A DNA stretch of 64,000 bases from the human T2T-CHM13v2.0 reference genome, Homo sapiens: the NCBI RefSeq assembly GCF_009914755.1, contig NC_060926.1. One strand, 5' to 3'. The notes under the pieces were generated by a model. That model saw nothing but the letters and a program-made list of their open reading frames with translations, was not told the DNA's origin and made no database searches. Positions 1-8,353 of this stretch are shown here, in pieces. A program made the translations under genes and the position numbers. Numbering within the stretch: the stretch's first letter is position 1; each line of letters opens with the position of its first letter.

Positions 1-1465
1 ATAACACCACAAGGTGAACACACAATGTGACATTATTATTAAGGTAAAGCTAGGATATTGGGAATAACATCACAGTGTACAGAGTCCTGTGACATCAGGT
101 TTAACTTTCCCCTACAAAATTAGGAATAGTATTGAAGGGTGTATACCCTCTGCGACTTTAGCAGCCGCATCTTGCTACAATATGGAAGATAATGTCCCAG
201 GGTGTGAACCAAGGGTGGCAGTAGGGAAAAGATCCTAGGACAAATCGGGGAGTAATATCACCCCCCTCTCCCCCCCGGATATGACGATCCACATCGCAGC
301 GGGGCGGGCGCCCTCCGCGATGCGTCGAGTAATATCACGCCCCCCTCCCCCCCTGGATATTATGATCCAGGGTGGTCACGTAGCCTGTTCACGTTATTCT
401 CAGTAATATCTTCTCCACCTCTGGAAATTACCAACTATATCACAGATGGGTGTACATCCTCTGCACTATTTGCAGTAATTGCATCCTCTTCCCTCTGGAT
501 ATTAAGAAAAATATCACAGGAGTGTTTCTACCCCTAGTGGCATTGGGTGTAGTATCATCCTCTCCCACGTTGAAATTAGGAAAAATATCACTGGGGGCGT
601 GTCCACCCCATGCGATGTTGAAAGTAATATCCTCTTGTCTCATGGATCATGGGAACAATATCAGTGGCGTGGTGTACACTTTCTGCGGTATTGGTAGTAA
701 GATCATCCTCTCCGCCTTGGAATATTAAGGACAGTATCACAGGCCGATGTACACACCCGGCCGTATTAAGAGGAATATTATCCTCTCCCGCCCTGCATAT
801 TAGGAACAATATCATAGAGTGGGTGTAAACCTCCTGCGATATGGGGAGTAATATCATCTTCTCTTCTTCTGGATAGTATCAACAATATCACACGGGTTTG
901 TACAATTTCCGTGATATTGGGAGTAATAACCTCTCTGCCTTTGAATATTAAGAACAATATCACAGACTGGATGTACACCCCCTGCGATATTGGGAGTCAT
1001 ATCAGCCTCTCCTCTCCATGGATATTAGGAATAATATCCCAGGATGGGTGTACACCTTCTGCTGTATGGGGAGTCATATCGTCCTCTCCCTTCCTGGCTA
1101 TTAGGAACAATATCACAAGGTGGGTGTACACAGCCTGCGATATTGGGAGTAATATCACCCTCTCCCCCTCCGGATATTAGGAACAATATCACAGAAGGGG
1201 TGTACACTTCCTGCGATACTGGGAGTAAAGCATTCTCTTCTTCTGTGAATGTTAGGAGCAATATCACCGAGTGGATGTACACCCACTGCTATATTGGGAG
1301 TAACGTCATACTCCACCCCTGGATGTTATATTCGGATCAATATCACCGAGTGGGTGTACACCTACTGCGATATTGAACGTAATATCATGCTCTCTCACTC
1401 CCTGGTCATTAGGAACAATATCACACGTGAGTGTACACCCACTGAGATATTAGGCGTAATATTAG
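1..1465 (+). repeat. SATR1/SATR2-type satellite, ~75-bp monomers, forward arm (divergent in 1-240, CpG-rich variant in 245-365)
   Basis: Tandem monomer GATATTGGGAGTAATATCATCCTCTCCCCCTGGATATTAGGAACAATATCACAGGGGGTGTACACCCCTGC recurs throughout; matches my recollection of the SATR family. Confidence 0.85.
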
Positions 1466-1800
1466 TATTAATTATTACTCATTTATTAGTAACATGACTA
1501 TGAATTACCAATATTAATATTAAGGAATAATTGCTAATAAAGTTATCAGATTATTAATGTTAGTATTAATTATTAGGAGCTACTATTACTGTTTTCTAAT
1601 GAATAAGGTCAGTATCAGTTATTAATTTCAGGCATTGTTTATCATTAATATTAATCATTTATTGTTTTCTTTAGTATAACTATTTAATATTAATTATCAT
1701 TATCGGTATTGATTTTAAAAATTATAGTATCAGTTTTTAATATTGATAATTATTAGTATCAATTAATAATTGATATTATTAATTGCGATACGTAATATTG
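1460..1800. repeat. AT-rich low-complexity spacer between inverted satellite arms
   Basis: ~340 bp dominated by ATTAAT/AATATT/TATTA words. Confidence 0.9.
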
Positions 1801-2190
1801 CGACATTCCTCACAATATCGCAGAAAATATACACCCCCCTGTGATGTTGTTCCTGACAGCCAGGGGTAGACGATGAGATTACTCCAAATATCGAACTGAG
1901 TGTACATCCCTTCTGTGATGTTGTTGCTAATATCCAGGCGGGGAGAGGACACCTGCGCATCAGCGGGGGGTGCCCATGCCCCTGCGATGTAGCTCCTAAT
2001 ATCCATGGGGAAGGGGGGTAGATATTATTCCCCGCATCACTGTGGATGTCCACCCCCTGCGATGCGGCTCGTAATATCGGGGGTGGGGGGGTGATGTTTC
2101 TCCCCGCATCGCGGGGGTCGCCTGCCCCCCTGCGATGTGTATCGTAATATCCAGTGAAGGAGAGGGGGATGATATTACTACCTGCATGGT
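1800..2190 (-). repeat. SATR-type satellite in inverted orientation, including CpG-rich monomers (1940-2185)
   Basis: Reverse-complement monomers such as TGTGATGTTGTTCCTGACAGCCAGGGG...GATTACTCCAAATATCG. Confidence 0.85.
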
Positions 2191-2214
2191 GGCGGAGTCT
2201 ATCCGAGGTCGGGA

Positions 2215-3386
2215 TACTATACACCCCCTGGGATATTGGGAGTACAACCCCTGTGATATTGGGAGTAGTATCATTCTCTTCTCCCCCTGAATATTAGGGA
2301 CAGTATCATGGAGGGGGTGTTCACCCCCTGCCATATTGTGAGTCATGTCATTTTCTCTACCCGTGGACATTAGAAACAATATCACAGGGGTGGTGTACAA
2401 CCCTGCGAAATTGGGAGATATATCTTCCTCTCCACTTTTAGATACTAGGGACAACATCACAGGGGAGGTCTACATCTTCTGGATAATTGGGATTGATACT
2501 GTCCTCTCCCCACCTGGATATTAGCAACAGCATCACAGAAGGGATGTACACCCAGTTCGATACTGGGAAAAATATCACAAGGGCGTGTATTCCCCCTTCC
2601 ATATTGGGAGTCTTATCATACTTGCCTTCCATATATTAAGAAGAATATCAAAGGGGGGTGGACACTTTGACGATATAGGGAGTAACGTCATTCTCTCTAC
2701 CCCTGGATATTAGTAGCAATATCACAGGAAGATGTACATTTCTTGTGATATTGAGAGTTGTATTATTGTCTTCCCCGCTGGATATTAAAAACAATACCAC
2801 AAGGGGTGTCAAACCACCTGCCAAATTTCAGGGAATTTTATCCTCTCCCCCCTGCCCCGGATATTAGAGACAATAACACAGGGATAAAGTACACCCACTG
2901 CTTTATTGGGAGAAGTATCATCCTCTCCTCCCTTGGATATTAGGAACAATATCACAGGGGAGGCGTACTGCCTCTGCGATATTGGGAGTACAATTATACT
3001 CTCTTACCCTGGATATTAGAAAGGGTATCAGAGGGGGAGGGTGTACATTCCCTGTGATATTCAATGTAATCTTATACTCTCCCTCCCAGGGTATTAAGAA
3101 CAATATTACGGGAGTGGTGTACACCCTCTGCGATATTGAGAGTCATATCATCCTCTTTCGCTCTGGATATTAGGAACAATGTCACAGGGTTGTGTACACC
3201 CCCTGTGATATTGGGAGTAATATCATCCTCTCTCCCTGTGGATATTAGGAAGAGTATCACAGGGCTGTGTACACCCCCTGGGGTACTGGGAGTAATATCA
3301 TCCTCTCTCCCTCTGGATAGTAGGAAGAGTTTCACAGGGGTGTGTACACCCCCTGCGATATTGGGAGTAATATCATCCGGTCGCCC
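2215..3386 (+). repeat. SATR-type satellite, forward, left of provirus
   Basis: Monomer starts at 3207, 3282 and 3357 give a 75-bp period. Confidence 0.9.
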
Positions 3387-3750
3387 TGAGGAGAGAAGCC
3401 ATTTCTCTACTGTCTTCTGTCTCTGAAGAGGAGGAGGAAGTAAAAGTTGAAAAACAACAGGAATGAAGTCAGCGGCAAGACCAGCCGGTGGCACTGAGGA
3501 GCCCACCTGAGGTGAAAATATTAACCACCCCCTCCCCCACTCTAAGCACATGTGCTCTCAATCCATCACGACCCTTTCACGTGGAACCCCTTAGAGTTGT
3601 AAGCCCTTAAACAGGCCAGGAACTCTGTCTTCCTTCAGGGAGCTTGACTCTTAAGATGCAAGTGTGCCGACGCTCCCAGCCAAATAAAAAAACCTCTTCC
3701 TTCTTTATTCCGCTATCTGAGGGGTTTTGTCCGTGGCCAGTCCTGCTCCA
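3387..3750 (+). promoter_or_regulatory. 5' LTR of HERV-E (LTR2 family, probably LTR2C-like)
   Basis: Starts TGAGGAGAGAAGCC and ends GTCCTGCTCCA, 5 nt before the PBS. TATA-like CTTAAA at ~3606, AATAAA at 3683-3688, CACGTG at 3578-3583. Confidence 0.85.
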
Positions 3751-3755
3751 TTTCT

Positions 3756-3830
3756 TGGTTCCCTGACCGGGAATTGAACGCAGGCTGCGGTGGCGAGAGT
3801 GCCAAATCCTAAGCACTAGACCACCAGGGG
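3756..3830 (-). tRNA. Full-length tRNA-Glu(CTC)-derived copy with 3' CCA, extending the PBS (pseudogene)
   Basis: TGG followed by 72 nt aligning without gaps to the reverse complement of human tRNA-Glu-CTC (sequence from memory), about 62/72 identities; 6 mismatches are CpG transitions. Anticodon CTC = plus-strand GAG at 3795-3797. Canonical 18-nt PBS = 3756-3773. Confidence 0.92.
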
Positions 3831-5331
3831 AACTTAGAATCTTGTGGGAAATAGATTGCCCACCATTAGAAGTGGGTTGGCCATCAGAAGGAAGCCTGGA
3901 CAGGTCCCTTGTTTCCAAGGTGTCGCACAAGGTAACTGGTAAAGGATACCTAGACCAGTTCCCATACATAGACACTTGGTGACAGCTGGTGCTAGACCCC
4001 CCACAGTGGCTAAGAGGGCAGGCAGCAGCAATACTAGTAGCAAAGGGACAGATAGCTAAGGAAGGATCCCTCTCCACCCACCCAGGGAAATCAACTCCTG
4101 ACGTTCTGTTTGACGCAATGTCAGAAGATCCATTGCAGGAGATGGCACCAGAGATCCCAGTGGTGCCCCCTCTTACCAGGGAAAGAGGCTCCCCACTCTT
4201 GAGCCCACAGTGCTTGCACCTCCGCAAGACAAGCATATCCCTAGGCTACCCAGAGTAGACAAGAGAGGAGGTGAAGATTCAGGAGAAACCCCTCCCTTGG
4301 CAGCTCATTTATGACTCAAAACGGGGATACAAATGCCCCTGAGAGAGCAGCGGTATACTGGGATAGATGAGGATGGTCACGTGGTGGAGAGGCGTGTTTT
4401 TAGGTACCAGCCCTTCACCTCTGCCGACCTTCTTGACTGGAAAAACAATACCCCATCCTATACCGAAAAGCCACAAGCTCTAATTGACTTGCTCCAAACT
4501 GTTATCCAGACCCACAACCCCACCTGGGCTGATTGCCACCAGTTGCTTATGTTCCTCTTTAACAGAGATGAAAGGCAGAGCGTGCTCCAAGCGGCAACTA
4601 AGTGGCTAGAGGAACATGCACCAGCTGATTATCAAAACCCGCAAGAGTATGGAAGGACCCAGTTACCAGGAACCGACCGGCAGTGGGACCCACATGAAAG
4701 AGAGGATATACAAAGGCTACACGGAGACAGGGAAGCTCTCTTGGAAGGATTAAGGAGGGGAGCTCAGAAGGCTACAAACATTAGCAAGGTCTCTGAGGTC
4801 ATTCAGGGAAAAGAAGAAAGTCCAGCACAATTCTACGAGAGACTGTGTGAGGCCTATGGTATGTATACTCCCTTTGATCCCGATAGCCCTGAAATCAGCA
4901 CATGATTAACATGGCTTTAGTCTGTCAAAGTGCAGAAGACATGAGAAGAAAACTGCAGAAACAGGCTGGGCTTGCAGGGATGAATACATCACAATTACTA
5001 GAAATAGCTAGCCAGGTGTTTGTAAACAGGGATGCAGTAAGCCGTAAGGAAAACGGCAAAGAGAATGGAGGTCAGGCCCGGTGAAATGCTGACCTGTTTG
5101 TTAGCTGCAGCAATCAGAGGGGCCCCCCCAAAGAGGCAAGGGAAGGGGGGCCCTGGGAAAGAAACTCAGCTTGACTGTCAGAGTTTGCAGCATAACCAGT
5201 GTGCTTATTGTAAAGAAATAGGACAGTGGAAGAACAAATGCCCTCAGCTCAAAAGAAAACAAGGTGACTCCAAGCAGGAGGCCCCAGACAAGGAAGAAGG
5301 GGCCCTACTCAACCTGGCAGAAGGGTTATTG
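3831..5331 (+). pseudogene. gag: HERV-E gag remnant, N-terminally deleted, with stops and frameshifts
   Basis: MA-like LEVGWPSEGSLD and DQFPYIDTW; CA YQPFTSADLLDWK and HNPTWADCHQLL; MHR VIQGKEESPAQFYERLCEAY; NC knuckle CAYCKEIGQWKNKC (His to Gln) at ~5200-5241. Confidence 0.93.
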
Positions 5332-5682
5332 GGCTCAAGCATCCCCAAAGAGCCTCTGGTCAGAATGACAGTTGGGGGAAGAGACATTGATTTTCTTGTA
5401 GATAGCGGTGCTGAACATTCGCTAGTAACCGCCCCGGTCGCCCCCTTATCCAAAAAGACTATTGACATCATCGGAGCCACAGGGGTTTCAGCAAAGCAAG
5501 CTTCCTGCTTGCCTCGGACTTGTACTGTAGGAGGACATAAAGTCATTCATCAGTTTTGGTACATGCCTGACTGTCCCTTGCCCTTGTTGGGAAGGGACTT
5601 GCTTAGCAAGCTGAGAGCCACTATCTCTTTGACAGAGCACGGCTCTTTCCTACTAAAGTTACCCAGAACGGGAGTCATTATG
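5332..5682 (+). pseudogene. pro: HERV-E aspartic protease domain (reading frame open)
   Basis: FLVDSGAEHS (DSG at 5401-5409), IIGATG flap, CPLPLLGRDLL. Confidence 0.93.
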
Positions 5683-8353
5683 ACGCTTATGGTCCCCCAA
5701 GAGAAGGAATGGAGACTTTTCTTAACTGAGCCAGGCCAAGAGAGAAGACCAGCTCTGAGTAAGCAGTGGCCAAGAGTATGGGCAGAAGACAACCCTCTGG
5801 GATTGGCAGTCAACCAAGCCCCTGTACTCATAGAAGTTAAGCCTGGGGCCCAGCTGGTTAGGCAAAAACAGGACCCGGTCCCCAGAGAAGCTCTTCAAGG
5901 TATCCAGGTCCGTCTCAAGCACCTAAGAACTTTTGGAATGATTGTTCCTTGTCAGTCTCCATGGAACACTCCCCTCCTGCCTGTTCCCAAGCCACGGACC
6001 AAGGACTACCGGCCGGTACAGGATTCGCGCTTGCTTAATCAAGCTACACTGACTTTACATCCAACAGTACCTAACCAGTCCACATTGTTGGGGTTGCTGC
6101 CAGCTGAGGACACCTTGGACCTGAAAGACGCTTTCTTTCCTATCAGATTAGCCCCTGAGAGGCAGAAGCTGTTTGCCTTTCAGTGGGAAGATCCAGAGTT
6201 AGGTGTCTCTACTCAGCACACTTGGACCGGGCTTCCCCAAGGGTTCAAGAACTCCCCCACCATCTTCGGGGAGGCATTGGCTCGAGACCTCCAGAAGTTT
6301 CCCACCAGAGACCTAGGCTGCGTGTTGCTCCAGTAGGTTGATGATCTTTTGCTGGGACACCCCACGGCAGTCGGGTGCGCCAAGGGAACAGATGCCCTAC
6401 ACCAGCACCTGGAGGTCTGCGGGTATAAGGTGTCCAAGAAAAAAAGCTCAGATCTGCCGACAGCAGGTACGTTACTTGGGATTTACTATCCAACAGGGGG
6501 AACACAGCCTGGGATCAGAAAGAAAGCAGGTCATTTGCAATCTAGCAGAGCCTAAGAGCAGTAGGCAGGTGAGAGAATTCTTAGGAGCTGTGGGGTTTTG
6601 TAGACTGTGGATCCCAAACTTTGCAGTATTAGCCAAGACTTTGTAAGAGGTCACAGAGGGGGTGGGGACTGGGAATCTTTAGAATGGGGATCCCAACAAC
6701 AGCAAGTCTTTCATGAGTTAAAGGAAAAACTTATGTCAGCCCCAGCCCTGGGGCTACCCAATCTGACAAAGCCTTTTACATTGTATGTGTCAGAGAGAGA
6801 AAAGATGGCAGGTGGACTTTTAACCCAAACTGTGGGGCCCTGGCTGAGGCCGGTGGCCTAGCGCTCTAAACAACTAGATGGGGTTTCTAAAGGATGGCCC
6901 CCCTGTTTGAAGACCTTGGCAGCAACTGCCCTACTAGTACAAAAAGCAAATAAGCTGACTCTTGGGCAAAACCTGAACATAAAGGCTTCCCATGCTGTGG
7001 TGACTTTAATGAATACTAAAGGACATCATTGGCTAACGAATACTAGACTTACCAAGTACCAAAGTTTGCTCTGTGAAAATCCCCGTATAACCATTGAAGT
7101 TTGTAACACCCTACACCCCGCCACCTTGGTCCCGGTATCACAGAGCCCTGTTGAGCATGATTGTGTAGAAGTGTTGGACTCAATTGACTCTAGCAGACCT
7201 GACCTCCAGGACCAGCCTTGGGCATCAGTAGACTGGAAACTATACGTGGATGGGAGCAGCTTCTTCAACCCACAAGGAGAGAGATGCGCAGGGTATTCAG
7301 TGGTAACCCTGAAGCCAGATGGTTGCCCCAGGGCACTTCAGCCCAGAAAGCTGAACTCATTGCTTTCATTCGGGCCTTAGAACTCAGTGAGGCTGAGACT
7401 GTCAACATTTACACTGATTCTCGGTTTGCCTTTTTAACCCTTCAAGTGCATGGAGCATGATAGAAAGAAAAGGGCCTATTGAACTCTGGGGGAAAAGACA
7501 GAAAATATCAACAAGAAATCTTGCAATTATTAGAAGCAGTATGGAAACCCCACAAGGTGGCAGTTATGCATTGCAGAGGACACCAGCGAGCTTCCACCTT
7601 GCTGGGTTTGGGGAATTCCCGCACTGACTCAGAGGCTCAAAAAGCAGCATCTGCCCCTTTCCAGGCATCAGTCACAGCTCCTCTGCTCCCTCAAGCACCT
7701 GATCTTGGACCTACTTCTTCTAAAGAATAAAAGGACTTTCTCCAGGTAGAGGGAAGGACAAGTGATGGAGGAAGGATGGATTCGGTTACCAGATGGGAGA
7801 GTAGCTGTGCCACAGCTGCGAGGAGCTGCAGTTGTAGTGGCTGTGCATGAAACCACCCATCAATGTCAGGAGTCACTGGAAAAGTTGTTAGGCCAGTATT
7901 TCTACATCTCGCATTTGTCAGCCCTCGCCAAAACGGTGACACAGCGGTGTGTTACCTGCCGACAGCATAATGCGAGGCAAGGTCCAGCCATTCCACCCAG
8001 CATACCAGCTTATGGAGCAGCCCCCTTTGAAGATCTCCAGGTAGACTTCACAGAGATGACAAAGTGTGGAGGTAACAAGTATTTACTAGTTCTTGCACAT
8101 ACCTACTCTGGGTGGGTGGAGGCCTATCCAACACGAACTGAGAAAGCTCGTGAAGTAACTCCTGTGCTTCTTCGAGATCTGATTCCGAGATTTCGACTGG
8201 CCTTATGAATTGGCTCAGATAACGGGCCTGCATTTTTGGCTGCCTTGGTACAGAAGACGGCAAAGGTATTGGGGATCACACAGAAACTGCATGCCGCCTC
8301 CCGGCCTCAGAGTTCCAGAAAGGTGGAGCGGATGAATCAGACTATCAAAAAGA
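5683..8353 (+). pseudogene. pol: HERV-E pol remnant (RT, RNase H, integrase to just past the catalytic Glu)
   Basis: SPWNTPLLPV, LDLKDAFF, LPQGFKNSPTIF, YVDD read as *VDD (TAG 6334-6336); RNase H YVDGSS, SAQKAELIA, NIYTDS; [33 protein letters not shown]; several stops and frameshifts. Confidence 0.95.

Larger units (their letters stand above)
3387..8353 (+). mobile_element. Defective HERV-E (ERV1, gammaretrovirus-like) provirus: 5'LTR-PBS/tRNA-gag-pro-pol, 3' truncated in integrase
   Basis: TG...CA LTR, tRNA-Glu PBS, gammaretroviral MA/CA/NC, PR, RT, RNase H and IN motifs in order; ends abruptly in satellite with no env or 3' LTR. Confidence 0.93.

Noticed and set aside
440-3551. Many 60-160 aa ORFs (ILGVISSS, DDITPNIAGG), also at 8215-9863
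   Set aside because: Translations of the satellite; the 75-bp period is a multiple of three, which produces repeating pseudo-peptides.
3756-3830. Functional tRNA-Glu gene
   Set aside because: Encoded CCA, exact PBS position, stem-disrupting substitutions and altered A/B boxes indicate a reverse-transcribed copy.
3607-4236. 209-aa antisense ORF across gag, tRNA and LTR
   Set aside because: No ATG start, no recognisable domain, and it spans a chimeric junction; most likely incidental.
3831-8353. Replication-competent or protein-coding ERV
   Set aside because: No gag start, stop codon in YVDD, several frameshifts, truncated integrase, no env or 3' LTR.
3831-8353. APOBEC3 hypermutation
   Set aside because: Trp codons in conserved motifs are mostly intact; the stops I could assign fall at Tyr, Leu, Arg or Glu positions.
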